The notes beneath the pieces were generated by a model, which was given only the letters and a program-made list of their open reading frames with translations, was not told the DNA's origin and made no database searches. The position numbers and the translations under genes were made by a program. Source: Bacillota bacterium (GTDB taxonomy: Bacteria; Bacillota; SHA-98; UBA4971). Taken from it: a DNA stretch of 64,000 nt. The stretch covers positions 10,340 to 74,339 of the forward strand of contig JAPXLY010000001.1 in the NCBI GenBank assembly GCA_033809295.1. The letters run 5' to 3'. Shown here one piece after another: positions 20,445 to 29,518 of this stretch. Every line of letters starts with the position of its first letter. Positions within the stretch are counted from its first letter, which is position 1.

Positions 20445-21398
20445 GTGGATGTAAACCGATGTGTAGGCGGTTCCGATTACCGGAGGAGGCCTTCCCCCTT
20501 TTCGGAAAGGCTGGCCCTCGTCGTTACTATTTCGGTACTTGGCATCTTGATAATGGGAGGTCGTGCCAACGCTGTAACGCGTGACGAAGTCACCGTTATT
20601 GACGCGCTTGGCAGGGAGGTCAAAGTGGGATTGCCGGTTGAGGCCATTGTGTCAATTGCCCCGAGCAACACTGAGATTCTGTTTGCTTTGGGTCTCGGCG
20701 CGAAAGTGGTAGGTGTTACAGAGGCGTGTGATTATCCTCCGGATGCCAAATCAAAACCGAAAGTCGGTCAAGTGGAGATGAACATAGAAAAGATAGCAGA
20801 GATGTCACCTGACCTTGTGGTAGCAGTTGCAAGCATGCAATTGCCGGTTATTGAAACCCTTTCCAATCTGGGCATACCTGTCTTGGCCCTGGACCCAAAG
20901 AACCTTTCGGATGTCCTGGATAGCATAACTATAGTGGGCACAGCCACAGGGGCGGAGGAAGCCTCAAGATTGCTTGTCACGGGACTTGCCGGCCGGATTC
21001 AAGATATTCAACGAAAGGCACTTAAAGCCATAGCAGAAGAAGGCAGGCCCAGGGTTTTTGTGGAGATATGGGACGACCCGTTGATGACCGCAGGGCCGGG
21101 CACTTTCATTGACGAGCTCATTAGGATTGCAGGCGGAGAGAATATAGCAGGTGACGCAGGTATGGAATGGCCTGAGTTCAGCGTGGAGGTTGTCGTTGAG
21201 AGGGATCCCGACGTGATAATCACGGTATGGACGGAACCGGAAGACGTGCTTGCGAGACCTGCTTGGAACCGGATATCCGCTTGTAAGAAAGGCAGGATTC
21301 GAAAAGTGAATCCTGACATCCTGACTCGTCCCGGGCCCAGATTGGTTGAGGGCTTAGCCGAGCTCCTGGAGATTATGCACCCGGGTTCAATCGACTAA
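20445..21398 (+). CDS. btuF: Cobalamin/iron-siderophore ABC transporter periplasmic binding protein (BtuF-like)
   Basis: TroA-like fold with signal peptide. GTG start 7 nt after GGAGG. The ORF track start at 20301 lies inside the riboswitch. Confidence 0.75.
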   Translation: MDVNRCVGGSDYRRRPSPFSERLALVVTISVLGILIMGGRANAVTRDEVTVIDALGREVKVGLPVEAIVSIAPSNTEILFALGLGAKVVGVTEACDYPPDAKSKPKVGQVEMNIEKIAEMSPDLVVAVASMQLPVIETLSNLGIPVLALDPKNLSDVLDSITIVGTATGAEEASRLLVTGLAGRIQDIQRKALKAIAEEGRPRVFVEIWDDPLMTAGPGTFIDELIRIAGGENIAGDAGMEWPEFSVEVVVERDPDVIITVWTEPEDVLARPAWNRISACKKGRIRKVNPDILTRPGPRLVEGLAELLEIMHPGSID

Positions 21399-21501
21399 GA
21401 AGATCACCATAAGTGATCGCCGGTTTTAGAGAGTGTTTGTACCGTGCGGGGCCACCCAAGCCAATCGGAAAACCGGCGAAAACTAATGAGCTCATACTTA
21501 G
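21395..21501. repeat. Mosaic dispersed intergenic repeat, copy B (M3-like end + M1, no M2)
   Basis: Between btuF and btuC. CTAAGAAGATCACCAT overlaps the btuF stop. M1-like GTACCGTGCGGGGCCACCCAAGCCAATCGGAAAACCGGCGAAAACTAATGAG. Confidence 0.6.
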
Positions 21502-21560
21502 CATTCCTATGGAATGTGCCTTCCGGTACGGCACACCAACGAGAGGAGATCCGAAGACCC

Positions 21561-22628
21561 ATGAAACGGGAGCCTGCGGCCTACTTTACTTACAGGGATA
21601 GACGGAAGAAGTATCTTGTAATATTAACCTTGCTCCTTCTGGCAGCCATTGTTGTTGCAGCCGGGGTCGGCGCTGTACCGATACCCATACGTAAGGTTTC
21701 GTCCATCCTCTTGCGGGGCATTCCCTTGGCAAGTCGATGGATACCGGACATAGGCAGTGAGGATGCACATGCGACTATAATACTCGAGGTAAGGTTACCC
21801 CGAATTCTGCTCGCTGTAATAATCGGCGGCTCATTGGCAGGAGCAGGCGCCACGCTCCAGGGCCTGTTCGGCAATCCTTTGGCAGACCCGTACATAATGG
21901 GGATATCTTCCGGCGCTGCTTTGGGAGCGACTATCGCCATTTCGTCCAGGTTGCCGTCTCTTGTCCCCGGACTGAGTCCTGTGCCTGTTGCTGCATTTAT
22001 CGCCTCTATTGCCACTATGATGATGGTATACTACCTCGCAGGAGTCCCAGGCAGGGTATCTATGGATACGTTTCTTCTATCAGGTGTAGTTGTGAGTTCA
22101 TTCCTCTGGGCGGTCATGTCCTTTATCATGATGATGTCCGGCGATTCACTTAGGGAAATCATGATGTGGCTTATGGGAAGCCTTTCAAACAAAGGCTATG
22201 CCCATGTGAAAATGGCTTCTCCTTATGCCATATTCGGGGTTTTCGTTCTCGTAATCATGGCACGGGACCTGAACCTCATTTGCCTTGGCGATGATGAAGC
22301 GAGGCACTTAGGTGTTGACCCTGAGCGTGCAAAGACGATTACTATGTTCGCTTCTTCCCTGGTGACTGCAGCTTCCGTCTCCGTAGGGGGAATAATCGGT
22401 TTTGTCGGGCTTATCGTCCCGCACATAATGCGAATCATGCTCGGGCCTGACCACAGGCTATTGTTGCCTGCTTCCATTATTGCAGGCGGCATATTCCTTG
22501 TGCTGGCAGACACCGTTGCCCGCACCTTAATTGCACCTGCGGAAATCCCTGTCGGCGTTATCACTGCGCTTGTAGGCGCACCCTTTTTCTTCTACGTACT
22601 AAGACGTCGCAAGGCGCCTGGGAAATGA
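21561..22628 (+). CDS. btuC: Cobalamin/iron ABC transporter permease (BtuC/FecCD family)
   Basis: FecCD-family TM protein. Start taken at Met40 of the ORF-track frame because upstream codons overlap repeat copy B. Start is uncertain. Confidence 0.7.
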   Translation: MKREPAAYFTYRDRRKKYLVILTLLLLAAIVVAAGVGAVPIPIRKVSSILLRGIPLASRWIPDIGSEDAHATIILEVRLPRILLAVIIGGSLAGAGATLQGLFGNPLADPYIMGISSGAALGATIAISSRLPSLVPGLSPVPVAAFIASIATMMMVYYLAGVPGRVSMDTFLLSGVVVSSFLWAVMSFIMMMSGDSLREIMMWLMGSLSNKGYAHVKMASPYAIFGVFVLVIMARDLNLICLGDDEARHLGVDPERAKTITMFASSLVTAASVSVGGIIGFVGLIVPHIMRIMLGPDHRLLLPASIIAGGIFLVLADTVARTLIAPAEIPVGVITALVGAPFFFYVLRRRKAPGK

Positions 22629-22702
22629 TTTCAGAGTCAGGGCCGGATGGGGTTTTTGGGCCTGGACAACTGAAACATGAAAGAGAGCGAGATGGACAGA
22701 TC

Positions 22703-23518
22703 ATGAGGCTTGATGCGTTTTCCATATGTCATAAGTACGGTATAATAATAGCCATAGACGACGTATCATTGTCTTTGGAAAGCGGAGAATTCGTCGGTAT
22801 TCTGGGCCCCAACGGTTCAGGAAAGACTACTCTCCTCCGAGTGCTGGCAGGAGCTATAAAGCCATCCGGAGGAAACGTCCTTCTCGATGGAGAAGACATT
22901 CATAAGATGCGCCCTAAGTCGGTTGCAGGGAAGATTGCCGTAGTACCGCAAAACGGACACATGCCCTTTCCTTTTTCTGTTTTCGAGATGGTAATGATGG
23001 GCCGCGAGCCTCACATGACGAGGTTTTCCAGGGAGAGCCCGAGAGACGTGGAGATTGTCTCACAGGCTATGGCAGCCACAGGTGTAGCCCATCTTGCAGG
23101 CAGGTCAGTGCTTGAGTTGTCTTACGGTGAGAGGCAGAGGGTTGTTGTTGCAAGAGCCCTTGCCCAGGAACCCGGAATACTGTTGTTAGATGAGCCTACT
23201 TCTCACCTTGACCCTGGTTACCGTATGGAGATCATGGATGTCTTCAAGTCCTTGTCGAGTCGCAGGAATATCGGAGTGCTGGCTGTTTTGCATGATGTCA
23301 ATTTGGCTTCTCAGTACGCAGACAGGTTGATCATGCTGAAACAAGGCAGAAAAGTGGCAGACGGGATCCCCCGGGAAGTTGTTACGAAAGAGATATTGGA
23401 AAGCGTCTACAGGGTGGACGCCATAGTCCGGGCTCACCCGGTAGTCGGTTGCCCCCAAATGATCCTGGTGCCGGGCTTCAGGGAGGGCCAGGGTGAGGAC
23501 AATTCCCCGGAAAACTGA
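22703..23518 (+). CDS. btuD: Cobalamin/iron ABC transporter ATP-binding protein (BtuD/FepC-like)
   Basis: Walker A GPNGSGKTT, LSYGERQR, Walker B LLLDEPTSHLD. Alignment begins at MRLDAFSI. An ATGA-coupled start at 22625 is an alternative. Confidence 0.75.
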   Translation: MRLDAFSICHKYGIIIAIDDVSLSLESGEFVGILGPNGSGKTTLLRVLAGAIKPSGGNVLLDGEDIHKMRPKSVAGKIAVVPQNGHMPFPFSVFEMVMMGREPHMTRFSRESPRDVEIVSQAMAATGVAHLAGRSVLELSYGERQRVVVARALAQEPGILLLDEPTSHLDPGYRMEIMDVFKSLSSRRNIGVLAVLHDVNLASQYADRLIMLKQGRKVADGIPREVVTKEILESVYRVDAIVRAHPVVGCPQMILVPGFREGQGEDNSPEN

Positions 23519-23528
23519 AGGTGATGAA

Positions 23529-24128
23529 ATGAGATGTCAAGATGAGGCCGTGCCCGGCCTTGTCCAGGTCTACACAGGGGATGGCAAAGGGAAGACCACT
23601 GCAGCTTTAGGCCTTGCCTTGAGAGCAGGCGGCCATAGATTTTCTGTGACAATCATCCAATTTGCCAAAGGCGTCAGCTACACAGGAGAGCTGTTTTCCA
23701 TCCAGCGGTTGTATCCTGAAATCCGGTTATACCAGTTTGGACGGGATTGCAGGCGCTCCTCTGCGATAAGACAGGGCCTCGAGGGTTGCAAGGGGTGCGG
23801 TGAGTGCATGCTCAGGCGCGGAGAGATAACAGATGAGGATCGCCGGTTGGCGAAGACAGGGCTCAGTCTCGCACTTGCCATCGCCACGGGGAATGAAGCT
23901 GACATTCTGATCCTTGATGAAATAGCTCTTGCCGTAAATTTCGGTTTGCTTGCCGTAGACGACGTGGTTGCCCTAATCGAGAGAAAGTCTAATCATATAG
24001 AGCTTGTTCTCACCGGCAGAGGCATGCCCCGGGAGATACTGGCATGTGCGGATCTCATTACGGAAATGCGCGAGATAAGGCATCCTTATGCCCAGGGCAT
24101 ACCGGCTCGCAGGGGAATTGAGTACTAA
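23529..24128 (+). CDS. cobO: Cob(I)yrinic acid a,c-diamide adenosyltransferase (CobO/BtuR)
   Basis: P-loop VYTGDGKGKTTAA and CobA/CobO family motifs. RBS GAAGGTGA. Confidence 0.8.
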   Translation: MRCQDEAVPGLVQVYTGDGKGKTTAALGLALRAGGHRFSVTIIQFAKGVSYTGELFSIQRLYPEIRLYQFGRDCRRSSAIRQGLEGCKGCGECMLRRGEITDEDRRLAKTGLSLALAIATGNEADILILDEIALAVNFGLLAVDDVVALIERKSNHIELVLTGRGMPREILACADLITEMREIRHPYAQGIPARRGIEY

Positions 24129-24152
24129 ACCGTTATTCTGGAGGGGGCTGTA

Positions 24153-25310
24153 ATGAATTTCCCCGGATACTATCGAAGCCGACGCGGATCGTTTATCGGT
24201 TATTTCTTGGTAGGCCTTGCAGGGGCTCTCATAGGCGGCCTGGTTGTCGGATCCGTCTTTTTGGAGCAGGTGGACAGGCGTATTGCCGCAATACCTAAAA
24301 GCGTACCTGACTTAGGTGAACCCGGCAAGGTTGATACGCCGAGGACAGACTACTTGGCTCCGAGCGGGCAAGGGCTTGGTGTAGCAGGTATAGCCAGGGA
24401 AGTAGGCCCTGCTGTAGTCAAGATATCCACTCTCAAGGAGCGAGTTTACTACACTTTCTTCTTCGAGCGCATGGTTCAAGAAGAGCAGGGGTTAGGCTCA
24501 GGTGTCATATTCGACAGAAGAGGGTTTGTGCTCACGAATTATCACGTGATTGAACAGGCCAAGGAAATCGGAGTCGTGCTTTCCGACGGACGCGAATTTC
24601 GAGCTGCCGTGGTCGGGGGTGATTACTACACCGATCTGGCAGTGCTGAAAATAGACGGAGAGAACTTACCTTGCGCTACATTGGGGGACTCCGATATTGT
24701 GCAAGTAGGCGAGGCTGCAGTTGCGATAGGCAACCCATTTGGATTTGACAATACGGTCACTGCAGGCGTGGTCAGCGCTTTGGGAAGAGCAGTCCCTCTT
24801 GACGCTGAACAAGGGCTTTATCTTGAGAACCTAATCCAGACAGACGCTCCTATTAACCCGGGAAACAGCGGAGGCGCGCTTGCTGATGAGCGTGGCACTG
24901 TTGTTGGAATCAATACCGCTATCTATGCGGAAGCTCAAGGTATCGGGTTTGCGATCCCGATAAACACCGCGAGGGAAATAGCCAAGGAGCTCGTGGAATT
25001 CGGGAAAGTAAGGCGTCCGTGGATTGGGATCACTCAGGTTTGGGTAATCACTCCCAAGGTCGCTCGTGACTATCGTCTCGGCATTGACCATGGCCTGGCC
25101 ATCGCAGGCTATGTGAGGCAGAGCCCGGTAAGTTCAGCAGGCCTTCGTCGCGGCGACATTATTACGTCAGCCGGAGGGAAAGCTACGAAGTCAGTGGCTG
25201 ACTTGAGAAACGCCGTAAACGCTGTGGGTATAGGAGGCAGGCTCGAGCTCACAGTCTACCGCGACGGAAGGACGTTTACTGTATCACTCAGTGTAAATGA
25301 AGCCCCGTGA
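24153..25310 (+). CDS. htrA: Serine protease HtrA/DegP (trypsin-like with C-terminal PDZ)
   Basis: N-terminal TM. His/Asp/Ser triad context (GNSGGAL). PDZ-like C-terminus. Confidence 0.8.
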   Translation: MNFPGYYRSRRGSFIGYFLVGLAGALIGGLVVGSVFLEQVDRRIAAIPKSVPDLGEPGKVDTPRTDYLAPSGQGLGVAGIAREVGPAVVKISTLKERVYYTFFFERMVQEEQGLGSGVIFDRRGFVLTNYHVIEQAKEIGVVLSDGREFRAAVVGGDYYTDLAVLKIDGENLPCATLGDSDIVQVGEAAVAIGNPFGFDNTVTAGVVSALGRAVPLDAEQGLYLENLIQTDAPINPGNSGGALADERGTVVGINTAIYAEAQGIGFAIPINTAREIAKELVEFGKVRRPWIGITQVWVITPKVARDYRLGIDHGLAIAGYVRQSPVSSAGLRRGDIITSAGGKATKSVADLRNAVNAVGIGGRLELTVYRDGRTFTVSLSVNEAP

Positions 25311-25320
25311 CACACGAAGA

Positions 25321-26067
25321 TCAGAGCCCTGTGGGAGCCTGAACAAATACTGTGGGAAGCCCCAATTTGGCCTCTATGTGTCTTCCCAGAGCCTTGGGCC
25401 CCAGTGTTTCAGTGGCGTAATGGCCTGCAAATATGATACTTGTTTCGGCGTCCCGTGCGAGAGCCACTGCCTCATGGGACGCTTCTCCTGTAAGATAAAG
25501 ATCCGCGCCTGCTTCTATCGCTTGATCCAGGTCCCCTCCTCCTCCTCCGCTGCAGATGGCAACAGAGGTGATTTTGCGCCTCGAGAACGGAAACACTTGG
25601 ATACCGCTGCCAATCTGATTCTCTAAGAGTCTTGCCACCTCATGGATATTCACGGCCTCTATGTCCCCGATAAGGCCGATCAAGGAGCCCTTATACCTTA
25701 GAAAGGGCCTGGCATTCTTTATGCCCAGTATTCTCGCAAGTTCCGCATTGTTCCCCACTTCTTCGTGCATGTCTAAAGGAAGATGTGCAGCATAAAGACC
25801 TATACGGTTCTCAATAAGATATCGGACGCGTCGATAAAGGGGCCCTCTGATCGGCACCTTGTCCCAAAACAGTCCGTGGTGCGCAATAACGAGTTCCGCC
25901 TGGTGTTTCTTGGCTTGCTCAAATGTTTCCAAGGTTGCATCCACTGCCATGGCGACTTTGATGATATCCCGATCCGTCTCTACCTGTAATCCGTTGAGCG
26001 AGGAATCGGGAATGTGAGGAACCATAAGAAAACAATCAAGGTACTCAACAATCTCTGAGAGTTTCAT
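25321..26067 (-). CDS. Nif3-like dinuclear metal centre protein (YqfO family)
   Basis: Nif3-family sequence with His-rich metal ligands. Short form without an inserted domain. Confidence 0.75.
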   Translation of the reverse strand: MKLSEIVEYLDCFLMVPHIPDSSLNGLQVETDRDIIKVAMAVDATLETFEQAKKHQAELVIAHHGLFWDKVPIRGPLYRRVRYLIENRIGLYAAHLPLDMHEEVGNNAELARILGIKNARPFLRYKGSLIGLIGDIEAVNIHEVARLLENQIGSGIQVFPFSRRKITSVAICSGGGGGDLDQAIEAGADLYLTGEASHEAVALARDAETSIIFAGHYATETLGPKALGRHIEAKLGLPTVFVQAPTGL

Positions 26068-26162
26068 CGAAATTCACCGCCTCTCGAAACGCCTCTTGTC
26101 TTTCCTTTTCGGCATGAATCGATCATACCACAACTCCTGGCGATACGTGCAGCGTTTGTCTC

Positions 26163-26192
26163 TGAATAGCAAACACTCGAGGCGGCATAATA
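26163..26192 (+). promoter_or_regulatory. Possible sigma-G type forespore promoter for sleB-ypeB (TGAATA-17-CATAATA)
   Basis: Matches the sigma-G consensus -35 GHATR and -10 CATXHTA with 17-nt spacing. Inference only. Confidence 0.3.
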
Positions 26193-26226
26193 AGTCCAGG
26201 TTTGAACACAGCCGGAGGTGAAAGCC

Positions 26227-26757
26227 GTGCCGGACGGAGTTGGGAAGTTCGTGTTTGCAATTACCATTCTTGTAGTAGTAGTCACGGTTTTGTGGCATGT
26301 CCAATCCGGAGGAGTCTTCGGCAACAGGGCAGCGTATCGTCGAGAGAACGAAGACAGACTTCCTTACATGGCTGAAGTTGACTTGGCAGATCCGGGCCAG
26401 AGCTACAGCTACAATGTGGAACTGATGGCAAGAGTAATCTCTGCGGAAGCAGAAGGTGAGCCATACCTCGGTCAGGTTGCAGTCGGGGCTGTTATCCTAA
26501 ACAGATTAGACCATCCTCATTTCCCCAAGACTATTCCAGGAGTCATTTTTGAGCCTGATGCTTTTACTGCAGTCACCACAGGGCATGTATGGTATCCTCC
26601 TGTCTCTTCCTCTTATCGGGCTGCACAGGACGCTTTGGCAGGCTGGGATCCTTCAGGCGGCGCAATCTACTACTATAACCCGGCCAAGGCCACAAATTGG
26701 TGGGTTGCCACCAGGAGCTACATTATTCAGATAGGAAGACACATATTTCTTAGGTAA
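26227..26757 (+). CDS. sleB: Spore cortex-lytic enzyme SleB/CwlJ family (Hydrolase_2 domain)
   Basis: N-terminal TM. Hydrolase_2 signature (…EAEGEPYLGQVAVGAVILNR…). Confidence 0.75.
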   Translation: MPDGVGKFVFAITILVVVVTVLWHVQSGGVFGNRAAYRRENEDRLPYMAEVDLADPGQSYSYNVELMARVISAEAEGEPYLGQVAVGAVILNRLDHPHFPKTIPGVIFEPDAFTAVTTGHVWYPPVSSSYRAAQDALAGWDPSGGAIYYYNPAKATNWWVATRSYIIQIGRHIFLR

Positions 26758-26777
26758 TCGTCTGCGAGGTGGTAAAT

Positions 26778-28145
26778 ATGAGGCGAAGATGGGGATGGGC
26801 GGCTTTAGGCTTGGCCGTTGTCATATTAGGCCTCATAGGGCTCAGAGAGTACTCATTGAGAAAGGAAGTGGAACTTAAGACAGAAAACCAGTATCAACGT
26901 GCATTCCAGGAAGTCGTCTATCATGTGGACTCGCTTGCCGATGAACTAACAAAGGCGGCAGTGTCAGGTTCTTATCCCATGACTCAGAAAGCCCTTGCAG
27001 ACGCATGGAGACACACTGAATCCGCCAGGTCCGGCCTGGGGCAACTGCCTATAGGCACAATTGAGCTTTCCACGACTGAAGACTTCTTGTCACAGGTGGC
27101 TTCGTTTACTTACACTCTGTCGCAAAGAGGCGAATCCGGAAGCGGACTCTCAGACAGAGAATGGGCAATCCTCGGAGATCTCCGCCGGGAAGCGACTTTT
27201 GCAGCCGAGGAACTCACAAATCTAGGCGGGGCAATTGCCTCCCGACGGCTCAGATGGATAGATGTTCAGCGCGAAAGTATGGCTACTGCAGCTATGCGCC
27301 CTGAACGAGAGAAGACGCAAGGCGCGCCTTCTAACCAAGTGACAAAAGGGCTCAAGATGCTGGAAGACGGAATGACAAGGTTCCCAACGCCTGACTTTGA
27401 GGGGGTGATCCCGCCTCCCAGGAAGAAGCTGCCCGGTATTCCCGGCCCTGAAATAAGCACAGATGACGCTATACTGATAGCTATGAAGTTTGCCGGATAC
27501 TCGATTCAAGAAGGCGCAAGAGGCGAGGTCATAGCCAAGATAGCTTCAGAGCCTGAAAGCTACAGAGTAGAGATAACTCCTCCTCGAGGCCCGGTTTCCA
27601 AGGCGTGGGCAGACGTGTCCGTGAGGGGCGGCAGAGTGCTGTGGATGTACAGGGATTCGCCTATAGGTCCTGAGACCATTACACCTGCCATAGCTGTCGA
27701 TGCGGCTAAGGCATTTCTGGCATCTCATGGTTTTCAAGACATGCGAGAGATTTCCAGACGTGATTATCAGGGAGTGTCCTCCATAGGGTTTGCTTACGAG
27801 CAAAACGGCGTCGTAATATATCCCGACTACGTTGTGGTAAGGGTGGCGTTGGATGACGGCCTCATAGATGGATTTGAGGGCACGAATTACCAGATATTTC
27901 ATAGAGTAAGGCCGCTGAAAGAGCCCGGGCTTTCTGAGGCTGAAGCAAGGGAGAGGTTAAATCCCAGATTGACTGTGATAGGTTCAAGGTTGGCCGTCAT
28001 ACTTGATGATTTCTATCAGGAGAAGTTGGTATACGAGTTTCGATGTAAGCTTGAGAAGGATACGTACTTGGTTTACGTAAATGCGGAAACAGGCGAGGAG
28101 GAGGAAGTGAAAAAGGCCGGAACCGGAGGTTTCGAGCTAGTGTAA
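26778..28145 (+). CDS. ypeB: Germination protein YpeB-like (SleB partner)
   Basis: About 450 aa with an N-terminal TM, immediately downstream of sleB as in the Bacillus sleB-ypeB operon. Assigned by context. Confidence 0.55.
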   Translation: MRRRWGWAALGLAVVILGLIGLREYSLRKEVELKTENQYQRAFQEVVYHVDSLADELTKAAVSGSYPMTQKALADAWRHTESARSGLGQLPIGTIELSTTEDFLSQVASFTYTLSQRGESGSGLSDREWAILGDLRREATFAAEELTNLGGAIASRRLRWIDVQRESMATAAMRPEREKTQGAPSNQVTKGLKMLEDGMTRFPTPDFEGVIPPPRKKLPGIPGPEISTDDAILIAMKFAGYSIQEGARGEVIAKIASEPESYRVEITPPRGPVSKAWADVSVRGGRVLWMYRDSPIGPETITPAIAVDAAKAFLASHGFQDMREISRRDYQGVSSIGFAYEQNGVVIYPDYVVVRVALDDGLIDGFEGTNYQIFHRVRPLKEPGLSEAEARERLNPRLTVIGSRLAVILDDFYQEKLVYEFRCKLEKDTYLVYVNAETGEEEEVKKAGTGGFELV

Positions 28146-28919
28146 CAGGTTGACTCTGATTTCTTCAGATGCTCTTGCAATGAATAGGGAGTTGGTCGGC
28201 ACTCGCTCAGCATCCAAGTCTGAAAAGGCGCCGAAGAGTTTCTTCAACCGGATAGGATCTCCTTCTTTCCAGGTCTTGCGGATTGCGTACCTGATGGCAG
28301 CCTCCACCACTGGACGTGTAGTCTCGTGCCGTTCTGCGATTTTCCTATAGAGGTCCGCGGCGATCGGTGCGTACATATGGACGTCTTCAAGTACCATGCA
28401 AATAGCGTCTTTGAGATAGGAGTACCCTTTAAAATAAGCAGGCATGCGCAACTCGAAAAGGAGCTTGGCTACATGTACCTCTATGTCGTTTCCGAATTCG
28501 TGGGGTGCTGAGTCTTGGTTTCTGTGGGTTTGGACAGGCTTGAGTCCTGCAGTCTGTTTAATCCTGTTGATGAGTGTTGCAGCATCAATCGGTTTGAGGA
28601 GATAGTAGTCAACTCCCAGTTTTGAAAGGGCCCTAATAGTGTCCTGTTCCGCAACAGCACTTAGTATTATTATCCTCGGCTTCTCTTCGGGGCACATTGT
28701 AATCAATTGCTCAACAAAAGCGACTCCGTCAAGGCGCGGCATGATAATGTCTAAGAGGATTACATCAGGCTTCAAGCTGCTGATTGTTTCAAGAGCCAAA
28801 ACGCCGTCTTTCGCACAACCCACCCATTCCAAATCAGGATCGCTCTTTATGACTGCTTCCAGCATCTCGCATACATCTATGTTGTTATCTATCACCATTA
28901 CCCTTATTCTCTTCCTCAT
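28137..28919 (-). CDS. spo0A: Sporulation master regulator Spo0A
   Basis: Receiver domain (MRKRIRVMVIDNN…D…LKP) plus Spo0A-specific C-terminal DNA-binding domain (…FKGYSYLKDAI…, …AIRYAIRKTWKEGD…SEFIA…). ORF-track start at 29015 adds 32 non-homologous residues. Confidence 0.85.
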   Translation of the reverse strand: MRKRIRVMVIDNNIDVCEMLEAVIKSDPDLEWVGCAKDGVLALETISSLKPDVILLDIIMPRLDGVAFVEQLITMCPEEKPRIIILSAVAEQDTIRALSKLGVDYYLLKPIDAATLINRIKQTAGLKPVQTHRNQDSAPHEFGNDIEVHVAKLLFELRMPAYFKGYSYLKDAICMVLEDVHMYAPIAADLYRKIAERHETTRPVVEAAIRYAIRKTWKEGDPIRLKKLFGAFSDLDAERVPTNSLFIARASEEIRVNLLH

Positions 28920-29379
28920 GTCCTTCGGCCCCCTCGGCCATTTCCTTGACCAGGTGAGTACATTGGCCTTATTCGCTACTTGTCTCAAATGTCCTTTTGC
29001 GTCATATATTTCCATGAATTCCTTTGAACAGAATGTCGAATTAATCGAGTTGTCTCAACGTTACCACACCCACGTGTCGGCTTTTCCATCACACATTGCA
29101 GAGCCGCGTTGGAAAGTAGGACACGGTTCTCCGGCGACCGCATGGAAGCCCTCAAATTCATCGGAATGGCTCTCTAGGCGGGCGGGCCATTCGACTGGGA
29201 TACCCTTTAGGGGGGTAAGGAGGTCTATACGCTCTTTCATAGATGGGCGAAGCTCTCATCCAATCTAATAGCTACAAATAGCATGTGAGCTGGGACGCAG
29301 ATCCGGTGAAAATAACGCTTGCAGAATTCCTGGAAAGAAGGGGCAAGGACTTGACATATGCGGGGAATCCGCATAAATA

Positions 29380-29456
29380 TGGTGCGCCTAGCAGGACTTG
29401 AACCTGCGCACCCGGCTCCGGAGGCCGGTGCTCTATCCCCTGAGCTATAGGCGCAC
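29380..29456 (-). tRNA. tRNA-Arg (anticodon CCG)
   Basis: 77-nt cloverleaf GTGCGCC…CTCCGGA anticodon loop…GGTTCAAGTCC…CGCACCA, with encoded CCA. Confidence 0.8.
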
Positions 29457-29518
29457 TACCTGTGTACATCATAGCAAGTCAGACCATGAGTGTCAAACAA
29501 AAATCCTTGGGGCCCTGT

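Noticed and set aside
28920-29015. N-terminal 32-residue extension of Spo0A in the ORF track
   Set aside because: Spo0A homology starts at MRKRIRVMVIDNN. The upstream residues have no counterpart in Spo0A proteins, and an RBS (GAGGGG) precedes the internal ATG.
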